From Vicugna vicugna (Eukaryota), in contig MU058584.1 of assembly GCA_013265495.1 (NCBI GenBank), positions 1,338,616 to 1,402,615 of the forward strand: a DNA stretch of 64,000 bases, given 5' to 3'. Numbering within the stretch: the stretch's first letter is position 1; each line of letters begins with the position of its first letter. The notes under the pieces are model-generated. The model was not told the origin of the DNA, did not search any database, and saw nothing but the letters and a program-made list of their open reading frames with translations. The translations under genes and the position numbers were made by a program. Below are positions 36,291 to 48,264 of the stretch, piece by piece.

Positions 36291-36428
36291 ACAGTCAGTG
36301 AGCATCGCTCACTGACTTGTATAGAATTCTCTGAGTTCACTTGCTTTTTTGCTGGCATGAAAGGCACCCGGGGGAGCAGTTCACTCTGTGACTATCTCAC
36401 AAAACCTCAGCCCATCCTCTCATTCATT

Positions 36429-36508
36429 GTTTTCCTTCCAGTTTTTTGAGATATAATGAACATAGAGCATTGTATAAGTTTAAGGTGTATAGCATAAGGA
36501 TGTGACTG
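36429..36508 (-). mobile_element. 80-bp L1 3' stub
   Basis: ccagttttttgagatataatgaacatagagcattgtataagtttaaggtgtatagcata. Perfect 13-bp TSD CCTCTCATTCATT at 36416-36428 and 36509-36521. Confidence 0.85.
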
Positions 36509-37131
36509 CCTCTCATTCATTTCCATCCCTCCAGTGGGGTGCATGGGAGATACTCAGAGGCAGAAGCCCCTTGGGACTCTGAGCCCAGCCCCCTTGCTGT
36601 CCCCACCTCAGTCTTACAAAATCACATGTCTTTAACCTTTGCCAGAGGAACGTAACCATCATGTTTCCCCTGCTGTTGGTGCCAATGACTTACACAGAAG
36701 AGACCAAAATACTGAATTTCATAACTGAATTTTCTCTCCTGAAGAGATCACCTTAATAAACTTCCAAAGCAGAGGACATCAGAGCAGGGGGAAGAAGTGC
36801 CAAGATAACTACCAGCCACCCTCCTCCCCTCAAAGAAGGCTGATCTTCCTCAAAGATAACTGTTTTCTGTGAGTCGAATGAACATGTATGTTCCACAGTT
36901 AAGTGAACTTCTGAACTGAAGGCCGATTCAAGGAAGAGTGAGTCAGTCCAGAAAATAAAACAGTGGTGCATGAAAGTTAAGCTGTAATCCGGCTTTCCAG
37001 CTGAAGTGCTCTCAAGAGTTGTGCATTTTCCAGCTGCCCCCTCTTCCCAGCGAACAGGGAAAGAGATAAAATAATACCTTCAAATGCTCTTCTGATTCTC
37101 GGAGTCATGATCTCTTTCCCTCTTGCTCTTT

Positions 37132-37279
37132 TTTAAAAAAAAATTTTTTTAATTGAAACATCGTTCACAATGTGTCCATTTCTAGCACACAGCATCATGT
37201 TCAGGTCATATGTGTAATAGATAAAACAACACGTTTCTTCTGTATTGCATGGAGAACTGTATTCGGTATCTTGTAATAA
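37132..37279 (-). mobile_element. Short L1 3' end with an internal inversion
   Basis: Antisense tail to about 37213, then sense 3'-UTR sequence. Perfect 13-bp TSD CCTCTTGCTCTTT at 37119-37131 and 37280-37292. Confidence 0.85.
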
Positions 37280-39339
37280 CCTCTTGCTCTTTGTTTTTCT
37301 CTCCCACCAGCACAGGAGGATAACGGTCATCTCAGACCTCTGGGGAAGCCCGGAGGTGAGGGGGATGGGAGAGGGACCCCTTTGCCCCAGGGGGGAGCTC
37401 CTCCGGCCAGACGGTAACGGCGCAACACCGCCCCCCAGGTCACTGGACCCCACAGTTAAGAAAAAAATGCTGGCACCGGAGATAAAAGGGATATAATGAA
37501 AATGTAAACGAAAAACTTTATACCCAGCATGGCCTGACAGAGGGAAGATTGATATCCCATGATGCTTTGTCTTGATGAGACAATGAAAAATCACCACCAC
37601 AGCAGCTGTGTCAATATCAGACTTGGTAATGCACCACTGGCTGTGGGTTTTTATTTAATCCGCTTTGCTTTAAGATGATAACGGTTGTTACTTTTCAGTG
37701 CCTGTCTGTCAGCGCCCAGCATTGCAATATTCCTCCGCAGCTCTGCGAGCGGGTTTCATTTATTTTAAAATACCATTTCACACACTGCTGACTTTTAACA
37801 GTGTTCTGTGTGAGTTTGTGAGATTGAATAGTGACAGAAACAACACTTTTTATGAGAATACAGAATATTAAAAACGGGGCGCAATATACAGATGGCAGTT
37901 TTCACTACAGCTTGTTTTTTTCCCCCTTGCTTCTGCTACTGAGCTTTCCCGCTGAATGCATTTGTAGTAACACCATAAATGTCACTTTCACTGACTGCCT
38001 TTTGGCATTTTATTTAAATGGAATTCAACTCTGGCTTGCCGCTGCCACTGTTGCCGCCGCGGTTACCAGCTTGTTTTTCGGGGCGGAATCCGTTTTGCAG
38101 AATCATCCCATTGGCTTCATTCCTTGTAGCCTCAGATCGGGAACTACATGAGTTCAGGGGCGGAGGTTCAGGGATTCCAAAATCTCACGCAGGGGAGATT
38201 GCTAAAGACATACGTGTCTGACCTTTGCAGCCGCCGCTTAGTAGAAGGTGCTTCTGAACTCTGAGAGTACTTCGATTGGCACCTGCGTTACTTCCTTGCG
38301 GTGGGGCAAGAGCCAGCATCCACACGCTGCCTTCAGTGGAACGCCACCGGGAAGCGGTCAGAGGCGGGTCTCTGAGTGACTTATCTAGGCCTGGCGGCTG
38401 CTACTACTGACGGGCAGTCCCGTGGTTGGGACGTTTACCTGGGCCCCGGTTCCTCTCCATCGGTCCTTATCTTGGCAGATACAGGCTTCTGCTGCTGGGC
38501 CTCTAGACGCGTTCGCGGGGTGGCGTTTTGCTGTTAACATGATGTTGACATGTGCAAATTCTCCTTTCTGTCCTTTTGCTCTTGCACGACACATCCCTTG
38601 CTCCACCAATTCCAGAGACAAAATGGAGCTGACAGGGGTGCCGAAGCCTTTTCCTGGGAGAATCTGCGATTTGGGGGGAAGCTGGCTTCTTGTCTAGGCC
38701 AAATGAGGCTAGAAATGATCTGCTTAGTCCAGCCATGTAAATGTGTCCACGTCTCACAGGCTCGGGCCTGAATCAGAGGCCTAAGAGATTTCCGGCTGAG
38801 GGCTCGAATTTTCAGAAAGTTGGAAATCTTTATAGAAAAAAAATTAAACAGAAAATGCAATTCAAAGTCTCCTTCCTGGCCTGTGGACAGTGGCCTTCAC
38901 GGCCCTCTTGTACCGTGACCCTTAGAAACAAGAAAAGATGGGAATATTCCATAGGTCCAAAAGCATTTTTATAAATCTGACCAGTGTCGAAAGATGTCTG
39001 AAAGTCTGTCTCAATCTATATGTCCTTTTAATTAGAAAAGTTGTGAGAAGGTAATAAATGGGAAAGTAGAAAAATTCCCATAAAATAAACTGGAATCTCT
39101 TTGCCTTGGGCTCTTTACACTTCAGATTAACTTCCAGAGCCTTTCACCAGTGCTGAGGCCAAGGTTAACACGGCAACAAATTAGGCCACAAAAATACTTA
39201 AAGAAACTTGAAATGAAACTGTTTAAGACTCTTGAAATAAAAGAGGTAAGAAAGAGAAAAGAGATGTGGAACCCAGGCAGGGACAGCATTTGTATGCATT
39301 TCAGATACAACCTGGCCCAGAAGTCTGCCTCTTCAAATG

Positions 39340-39920
39340 CACTCCCCATCTCAGTGTGTGGAAAAAAAAGCATCTAAGCAGTTTCTTCAGGCAAAAATCT
39401 TGGGAGTCATTCTAAACTCCTCCTTGTTTGGCAACCCTCTCCTCCACTCAGTCACTCAGCTCTGACAAGAGATCTACTTAATGTGATTTAAATGCACCTG
39501 TTTCTCTCCAACCTCACTTCCGCCGGCGTTCATTTGTCCCACTGTTGATGTTTCAGTCGTCCCCTTGTCCTCTTCTCTCCTCAGATCCATCCTTAGTAAT
39601 ATTCCCAGAGTAAGATTCTAAAACAAACTTCTGGACGTGACACTTCACCCTTCAAAATTGATGCCCCGTTCCTCGCATACGTGGCCTCATGAAAGAAGTG
39701 TTCTCGGAGCACTTGAGCTCCCTGCCTCTCGGTCCTCCTTTACCTTCTGCAAAGATCTCTCATGTGACTTGGCCTTTGTTTGTTGCCCTTTTTGAAATTT
39801 CTTCGAGGTGTTTGTCTTTTCCCCTCTCACAGAATGTAAGGCATCACATTCATGCTTTTTGGGATCCTCAACAGTAGCTAGTTGGCTGTTGGGTGCAGTG
39901 TCCTACCCCCGATGAATGAT
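39340..39920 (+). mobile_element. L2
   Basis: ccccatctcagt…caggcaaaaatcttgggagtcattctaaactcctcc…agaatgtaag…gaatga. Confidence 0.7.
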
Positions 39921-41449
39921 GCACACACATTCAGAGGGTTTGCTAAATATTTGTATCTGCGTCGCATGCAGCCCAGTGCCTGACTCAGTTAGCAACAATA
40001 GAGCTTTTTGAAACTTAAGGAACTAGGAAGGATGTAGAAGAAAAGTAGTTCTCCACTGTGTATGATGGTCACCTGAATGATCGTCAACTAAGCTTATAAG
40101 CAGAGAAAAATCCCCTGGATTAGGACAGAGATATTAAAGTTTGCCTAGAAAACTTTGGGAGAGAGACGGCATTTCTACTCCCAAGTCCTTCTGCTTAACT
40201 ATTCTGATTTTTTTGTGGGGGGTAGGGGGATATGACTAGAATTGAGGTCACTGACTCTCCTCTGGGTCTGTTGAGAACAATGAGATACATCTCTCCAACC
40301 ATCTTAACTGGTGAGACAGCAAAGGGGTGATGGGGCCTTTCCTTCAAGGGTTTGCGAGCAATCTGTCTCTCTCTGGGACGGAAAATTAGTAGTGGAGAGC
40401 TGGGCAAATCTCATCTCCAAATTTCTTCTTTCACTGGTTTTTAGGCTTTGTCGTTGAATGTTTATAATTCATTTGGACTGACAAATTTTTTTTAAATGGG
40501 GATAGCTGTTATTTTTAAATTTCTATGGATTTTGGCAGCACATTTTTGCATCCTACAATTTCTGGCAGCTCTCTTTCTGTGGTCTTTCCCTCCCCGTCTC
40601 TCTGTCTTTTGTTTTTGCTCTGTATTTCAGCCTCTACTCATCTTAGGAACATCTATGCCCTTTTTTGGTGTCATAGGAATGGTCCTTAAAGGTACTACCT
40701 TTTTCCACGAACTCCGCTTAAGATCAAAAGGAAAAAAATATATTGGAGAGAGGAAAAATGAGCTAAAACCAGTTTACTCAAACAAAGATGCCGCCCAAAT
40801 CCTTTTTCTTTCAGCTTCCATAAGAAATCTAAAACTAGCAGCTGAAAAAGCTGAAAAGCACAAAAACGAAGTGTCTTCCAGGATGAGTTAATGGGTCTTT
40901 CAGGAAGGGATCCTAACTGCATTCTTCTCTGGACAACTTCGACCTGTGTGACTGGCAGCAAGTCCAAGCCTCTGACCTGAGAAGCATCGCCAATGAGCTG
41001 GGAGGCAGCTGTTTTCTCCAGAGGCTTCCTACCAAGACTGATTTCATTTTCAAGAGAAAGAGACAAAGTAGCCTCTCTCCTTGAACCCCCTATCTTGCAG
41101 GAGTAAAACAGTTGCTGAAGACCCAGGGCTTAAAATCAGAGCTAATTTGAAAAAAAAAATTTAGAGGTCTTAAGCTCACAGATACAAACTTTTTTCTTTT
41201 TTTTTCATTATCCCCCAAGTTTTGCCCTCCATTAATTCCATTAATTCAAGGCAACACGAACTGGTACAATCTCATTCCTACCCCATCTTCTTTTCTGCCC
41301 CAGGCTCCAGAGCAAAGTTTCTGGTCCTCTAGCCACATCAGATTTCCTAAAAATTATAATTCACTTAAACTAGCATTCTTTGCTTTTTCTCAAGGTATTA
41401 TGGCATCTTCAAAGAGGACTTTAATATGTGGCTGAAACCTTCCTGTTCT

Positions 41450-42200
41450 CCCCAAAAGACACCTAGAGTATTGGGGAAATTCAGTGTCTTTGTTGATATC
41501 ACATTCAATGCCCCCAAATTACAGTTTTTTGCCACGCTTGATTCTAATCATTCTCATATCTCTCCCTTCCAGCACCCCTGTCGTCTTCTATTTTCTGACC
41601 TAAACTTTGTCCTTTCTGTGTTTTTCTCTGTTACTTACACTGCACATCTGGGCTCTGCTCCATGATCTCCAACTCCTCGACGCCTCCTGTTCTCCAAGTG
41701 TGTCAGGACTCCCATGCCTGCCTGACTTCTCTTCATTCACAGTCCAGGATGGTCACCATAATAGTACATCATCGGATCTTTTGGTTGGGACACTGAACAT
41801 CCCTCCCCTCCTTGTTCTCCTGCCTCCTTCTCTCAGTGCTGCTCAAGAACCATGCCACACATTCCTTGTCCACTTCCCTTCCCACCTGCCAAAGCAGTTC
41901 TTTCAAGCCTGTGCTTTTCCTTGCCAACTCCGTGCCTCCACGCCCTGCCTTTCTTCCCATAAGGAAATAGAGGCCGTTAGGCTTCTAACTGGGACCCACT
42001 GCTGGGTGCTCACACTCTTGTGAAATGAACCACCACTGACATGCTAAGTTCTCCCAAATCTGTACTTTCATCTCTAGCCTGTTCCCTTCACTGATATTTA
42101 AGCTCATGAATCCAACTCCCCAGTGAACATCTCCTGTTGATTGTTGCTCATTTGCCATAAAAATCAACATGGCTACGCTGAACTTATTAAATTCCTACTT
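41450..42200 (+). mobile_element. L2 body fragment
   Basis: ctcccaaatctgtactttcatctctagcct…tccaactccccagtgaacatctcc…aatcaacatggct…gaactt; pyrimidine-rich. Confidence 0.55.
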
Positions 42201-42289
42201 CCAAAATCTGAGGTGTTATATAAGCTTCATCATATATTCATACTATTTTGAATTAAGTCTGAGAAGAAAACCACTAAATCATTTAAAAA

Positions 42290-42930
42290 CTATTGAGGAA
42301 TAGAGCCAACAGAACTTAAAGATCAATGGATATGCAGGGATAGTTGGAAGTCTAGGATAATCTCAAGATTTAGTTTTAAGTGACTTGACTTATGTGGTTT
42401 CCTAAAAGGAGAGAGAATACAAAAAGAAGAACACATTTGGGAGTTTGAAAAATGAGGTCCTTTCTGGACAAGCATGAGTTGAATGCATTTGATATCCAGA
42501 ATGCAGATAAGTAAATGGGTCTTGAGTTCAGATCAAAGAACTGAAAGTAAAAAACATATTTTGAAATTGTCAGCAGAGAAGTGACAGAAACTGTTGGACT
42601 GGAAAAATGTTGCCCAGAAAGTTTATTCAGTAAGAAAAGATAAACAGTAAAAGCCTGGGGAACATCATTGTTTAAAGGTAAGTTGAAAAAGAAAGCTGAA
42701 TACTATGGAACTAAGCAGAATGTGATAACGCACAAGGAAGTGAGAGAAGTAATTTGATGGAAAGAGGTGCTCAAAAGCATCAGATGCAGAAAAGAAACCA
42801 GCTTCGATAAGAAATGTTCAGTGGCTGTCGGGCTCGGCAGTTAGTAATTATTATGTTAGCAAGACTCATTTCAGTGGAGAGGTTCAGATGGATGGTGGAT
42901 TTCAATGGGATAAGGACAGAATGTAAACTC
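42290..42930 (-). mobile_element. L2 body fragment
   Basis: gaagtctaggataatctcaagattt…ttttgaaattgtcagcagaga…agcaagactcatttcagtggag. Confidence 0.55.
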
Positions 42931-43121
42931 ACATGAGAGAGAGGCACACACATCATCGTCATCTGTAGCATAAAGCAGACGTGCAGACAGCAGTGATGCA
43001 GGTATGGATGACAGGGCTGCGGGAGGAGCAGGGAGACGCATTTTCTAATGAGTTGGGAGACTGGGGAAGGTTCCAGAGAAGGTAGTATTTCAGCTGGGCT
43101 TTTTAAGGATAAGCAGGATTT

Positions 43122-43845
43122 GTAATCAGTGTTTCTGAAGCATAATTTACATACAATAAAAAGTGCCCGTTTTAAGTGTGAAGTTCAAGGAGTTTGACAA
43201 ATATTTGTATCCATGTAACCATGACCTCAGCCAACATACAGAACATTTCCATCATCCCCACATATCCTCTTATGACCCTATGCAATCGATACATACTCGA
43301 CTCCTAGCCCCAGGCAAACCTTGCTTTTCTTTCAGTCACTATAGATTAATTTTTCCTGATCTGTAATTCCATATAAATGAGATCATAGCTATGCATTCTT
43401 ATGCTCAGCATAATTTTTTTCTGCAATTCACCTAAATGGTTGCATATTCAAGTCATCATTTCTTTTAATGCTGAATAGTATTCTATTGTATACCATAATT
43501 TGTTTATCCATTCACCTGTTGATGGACATTTGGGTTGCTTCCAATTTGTAGCTACTGTGAATAAAGCTGCTTATAAATATTCATGATCAAGTCTTTCTGT
43601 GAATATATATATTTTACTTTTCTTGGCTATATACCTAACAGAAGAATTTCTGTCATATGGTAAGTGTATGTGTAACTTCATAAGAAACTGACGCATTGTT
43701 TCACAAAGTGGTCGTACATCTTTACATTCCAATCAGCAATATATGAGTCTTCTTGTTACTCTGCTTTCTCATCATCACTTGATGTGTCGGGTTTTAAACG
43801 TTAGCCATTCTAGTGGGTGTATAGTGGTGTCTCACTATGGTGGTC
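43122..43845 (-). mobile_element. L1MB/MC-type 3' end
   Basis: ataatttacatacaataaaaagtgcccgttttaagtgt…tttgtttatccattcacctgttgatggacatttgggttgcttcca…ttagccattctagtgggtgt. Confidence 0.9.
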
Positions 43846-43849
43846 AAGT

Positions 43850-44225
43850 GTTTTTTCTGCATAAGATGTGATCTTGCAGTTTTTCTGTGGTTTATTTTAT
43901 TGCAGTGTCTTTTTGGAACCAGTTTAATGCTGGCTTCAAACAGTGGGTTGGGAAGCAACACACAGGGTTGTTTCTGAAGTTGTTTGCATAGGTTTAAAAA
44001 TATTTCATTCTTAATTGTTTGGTAGAACTCAGAATGAAACCACCTGGACCTGGAGTGTTCTTTGGAAATGTTTTTAATAACAAATTTAATTTCCTGAGGA
44101 GATTCAAGACTACTCAGGTTTTGTATTTAAGTAAATGTGGGTAATGTTTTTCAAAGAATTTGTACATGTTATATAAATTGTCAAGTTTATAGGCATGAAG
44201 TTGTTTTCCAGTATTCCTCTATAAG
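43850..44225 (-). mobile_element. L1 ORF2 internal fragment
   Basis: Minus-strand translation gives KNTPGPGGF/EFYQTIKNEIFLNLCK and LPNPLFEASIKLVPK, matching the L1 ORF2 motifs KSPGPDGF..EFYQTFKEE and LPNSFYEASITLIPK. Confidence 0.85.
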
Positions 44226-44237
44226 CATATTTGGTAA

Positions 44238-45170
44238 ATGTTTTATTTGGAAATATTTTCAAATTTACAAAGAAGATGCAAAAGTAAAAATAATTAAATA
44301 AAATAACAATTTCCCTATTGTTAGCATCTTACCTCATTTGTATAATCATTTGTTCCATCATCTCTCTCTCTAATAATTTCTTCGGATCTTTTGAGGGTAA
44401 GTTACATACATCATGACTACTTACCATTAAATACTTCAATGTATGTTTCCTAAAAATAGGGATCTTCTTTTCCATAACCAAAGCACAGTTATCAGCTTCA
44501 TATGTTTATACTAATGCAGTGTTTTCATCTAATCTAACATTCATATTCTAATTTTGTCAGTTGATCTAATATCATCCTTTATCACAAAATTTTCTCTATT
44601 CACTAGAGGATTCAGTCTAGTATCAGGCACTGTATTTAGTTAGTCATGTCTCGTTAGTCTCCATTATCTGGGACATTGCTCTAGTCTTTGATTTTTATGG
44701 TATTTTTGAAAAATACTGTCTATCCCCTACATTTTTGAAATAGAACATTTCTAATTTTACATTCGTCTTATGTCCCCTTGTGAATAGATTTGAGGTTATG
44801 TATTCTCAGCTGGAATACTCCATAGGTGATGCTATGTATTTCTCAGGTTATCACCTCTGGAAGTACACGATATCCATCTGTCTCTCATAGGTGTTGTCAA
44901 TTTTGATCGCTCAGTCATGAATTGTCTTTTTCTTTTTCTTTGCATAGTTACTGTTTTTTTTCTCCCCTTCCAACTAATAATCAGTTTATGGAGAGACATT
45001 TTAAGATCAGGCAAATATTCTGTTCCTCATCACAAATTTCTCTGATATTTCATTGATGATTCTTGCTTAAGCCAACATTTACCATGATGGTTGCAAAATG
45101 ATAATTTTCCAACTCCAGTATCCCCTACACAATTACCTGTTAGCCCTCAGCATCCTAGTGTAAGTAAGAG
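44238..45170 (-). mobile_element. L1MC4/5-like 3' UTR
   Basis: ttttatttggaaatattttcaaatttacaaagaagatgcaaaag…ttgagggtaagttacatacatcatg…taaatacttcaatgtatgtttcctaaaaataggga. Confidence 0.75.
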
Positions 45171-45279
45171 ATGTCTCCCCACCCTGCAACAATTCTCCAG
45201 TGATCTTTGATTTGAAGACGTTCACGCTCTTGTAGGTTCCTCGTGAAGGGCACACACATGCAGTGTTCCCTGAGTTCCA

Positions 45280-47558
45280 GCACATGCAAAATTGTTCTTC
45301 TACAGTCTTATAGCTTGAATGACAGATTGGCTGGATATAGTATCCTTGGTTCACACTTTTTTTCCTTGTTTCTTGAAAATGCTGCTCTGCTATTATCCTG
45401 CTTTTTATGTTGCTTTTGGAAAATCTGATAATATAATTCTCTTGCCTCTGTAATTTATTTCATCATTTTCTTCCTCCAGAGCCCCTGAATGTTTTTACTG
45501 TATGCCTCATTCTTCATTCCATGTCAATTTTCTCTATTTCCCACTGACCCCCCTCAATGTATGGATTCTTATTTTATTTCTGGAAAGCTGGAAAGTCTTT
45601 TGAGTGTGTGTGTGTGTTATAATTTAAATTTTAATTCTCTTACATTGGTTTGATGTTTTTCTTCAAGGACACTAGTCATTGAATATTAGTTTTTTTCCCC
45701 CATCTTCCATTTGAATCACGTTACCATTTTTCATTTCTCTTTATCTTTTTATTCTCTTCTTTTTATTTTTTTTTCACTGATTTTTTTTCAATGCTGTTTA
45801 TTATGTTTGTATTCAATTCTATTCTCATTTTGGCACCCAGTAATTTTGTCTTCTTTTTTGATATGCTTTTGTCTTTTTCTGTTTCTTTCATCAGGAAAAT
45901 TAACTCTAATTTTATTGTTCTGCTTTTTTGGGTCAGTTTCTGTTTTTAGCTTTTGTATTTCTTATTCAAGGTGTTTGTTACTATCCTCATGTGCCCGCTT
46001 AAAGTGTTGTGCTACTGTTTTGTTCATCTTGGTGTTTTATTTTATTTTTTTCAGACTTACAAGTAGAAAAATCTTTTGTTTACAAATTCTGACATTTTGC
46101 AGTAGTTTGTATGGATGTGGTTTGGTTTTTTCTATTCTTATGCATTTTGTGGATAGGATTCCAAGTTTGATAATGCCCTCTACTGCCTTTTTTGCCCTCT
46201 TCTACACATAAGCTGCTTTTATTATTGATACATAGCAATTTGATTATAATATATTTGGTGTAATTTTCTATATGCTTATTCAGCTTAGGTTTTGTTGAGA
46301 GTCATGGTTCAATGGGTTGGTTTATGACCCTCATTAAATTAGAAAATATTCAACTATTATTTGTTCTCAATTTTTTTCTGTTGTCCTCCTTTCTAAGACT
46401 AAGATCTATGCTTATTTTCCCATAAGCCACTGAGTCATTGTTTTGTTTTGTTTTCCATTTTTTTCTTTCTGTGTTTTAGTTTGGATATTTTCTATTATGA
46501 TGACTTTATGTTCAAAGATATTTTCTTCTTCAGTGTCTAATCTGTTTTAAATCCCATGCCTGTAATTTCCAGCTCAGATACATTTTCATCTCTACAAATT
46601 CTATTTTGTTTTTAAACCCTGCTGATTTCTTTTCACATAAGGTCTATATGTTTATTTTAACCCATGAGCATATTTATATTTAAAATAGCTGTTCTAAAGT
46701 CTTACTAATTTAATTTTTCTTTCATTTCTGAGTATATTTCTATTGAATGATACTTTTTTTCCTGATTACAGGGCACATTTTCTTGCTTTTTCATACCAGT
46801 CATTTTTTTTAATTTAATGCTGGATGTTTTGAATATCACACAATTCTTTGCTAGATTCTGTTGCATTCTTTTAAATAGTGTTGAGGTTTGTTCTGTGGAT
46901 CAGGAGATTCTTCTGAGATATGATTTTAAACTTTTGTTAGGGCAGAAGTGCAGACTTTAATCTTCACACTAGTAAGGTGTGACCTGCATTGTGTTCTAGC
47001 AAATGCCCTGTGTGTCTGGCACAGTCTTTCCTCTCTGGCTGGTAGGAATGTAAAGGATTTCCAACCCTGTGTGAAGCTCTGAGAATTGTCTGGCTTACAG
47101 TCCCTCATCAGTGGCTCTTTCCTGGGCATGACCTGGGGAGTTGACTTACATGTGCACAGATTAGCAGTCAGCCAAAGGCCTTAGGGACTCACGTGGATTT
47201 CTGGAACACTTCCTCTACGTAGTTCCCTCCTGCAAAGGGACTCTGCCCTACAAAGCCTAGCCACACTGGTGTTTCTGAACCTCACTCTGTCTCCTCAAGT
47301 CTGTGAAACTGCCAGGCTTTGCCTAGATTTCTTCTTCCTACATTATACAGCCCAGCAATGTCTTCCTGGTAGAAATCCAGGGTAATTATAGGGTTCACTT
47401 CATTTGCTTCTCTTCTCATAAGATTCACTGCCCTATGCTGCCCCTTTTTCATTGCCTGAAAAGAATTGTTTCATATATATTATCCAGTTTTCTAGTTGTT
47501 TATGACACGAGGTAATGTCCCATAGAAATGACTTTTTTTATTGGCAGAAGTAGAAGTG
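45280..47558 (-). mobile_element. Ancient L1 ORF1 / 5' UTR remnants
   Basis: ttgaatgacagattggctggatatagtatccttggtt, a T-rich antisense body, and a terminal tttcatatata…tccagttttctagttgttta…ggcagaagtagaagt resembling an L1MC/ME 5' end. Confidence 0.7.
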
Positions 47559-47749
47559 AAGTACAAATTTTTTATAGTGGGAATGGAGTGAGTGAGCAAC
47601 CTAGGAAAAAAGCAAGTAATAAGCAAAGGCAGTGAGGGGCTAAATTCTGTGTTCAAATAATAATGGACTGTCTGGGTCACTGGAGAGAACTCTTTGAAGA
47701 GGGGGAAAAATTGGAGATACGGCTTAAAGAGCCTGATTCACTGCAGCCT

Positions 47750-48264
47750 TCAATATTTCTCTAGCTACTGTTGTGAAGGAACTTTTCAGATGCCATGCCA
47801 GCTTCAAATCAGTTGACCACAAAATACAGAGATTTACCAGGTGACCTAATCACGCGAGCCCTTTAAAGGCAGAGAATTTTCTCTGCGTGGTTGTAGAAGG
47901 AGAAGAAATCAGAGAGATTAAAACAAGGCAAGAGAGATTTTCCATGAGGGAGGGTCTCTGTGGCTGGTCTTATGCTGGAGGTGGACCTGGATGGGAGCAG
48001 CTCTTGGAGCTGAGATCTTTTCCTGGCCGACACCAGCAAGTTCATGGGGACTTCAGTCCCATAACCACAAGGAATGCATTTCTTCCAATAATAAGAATGG
48101 GGCTATTTCAGCCATCCAGCATCTTGATGTCAATCTGAGCATGGAACCTGCCATACTCTGCCAAACTTCTGACCTGCAGAACTATGAACTAATAAATGAT
48201 TGTTGTTTTAAGCTGTTAAATTTGTAATAATTTTTTTTTTACCCAGCAATAGAAAACTAATACT
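47750..48264 (+). mobile_element. MaLR LTR (MLT1D/E-like)
   Basis: acctaatcacgcgagccctttaaaggcagag…ggggacttcagtcccataaccacaagga…acttctgacctgcagaactatga…ttgttttaagctgttaaatttg…cagcaatagaaaactaatac. Confidence 0.9.

Noticed and set aside
37133..37600. 155-aa minus-strand ORF
   Set aside because: Ends inside an L1 insertion and shows no recognisable homology.
45711..46211. 166-aa hydrophobic ORF resembling a membrane protein
   Set aside because: Phe/Leu/Ser richness comes from the T-rich antisense strand of an old L1.
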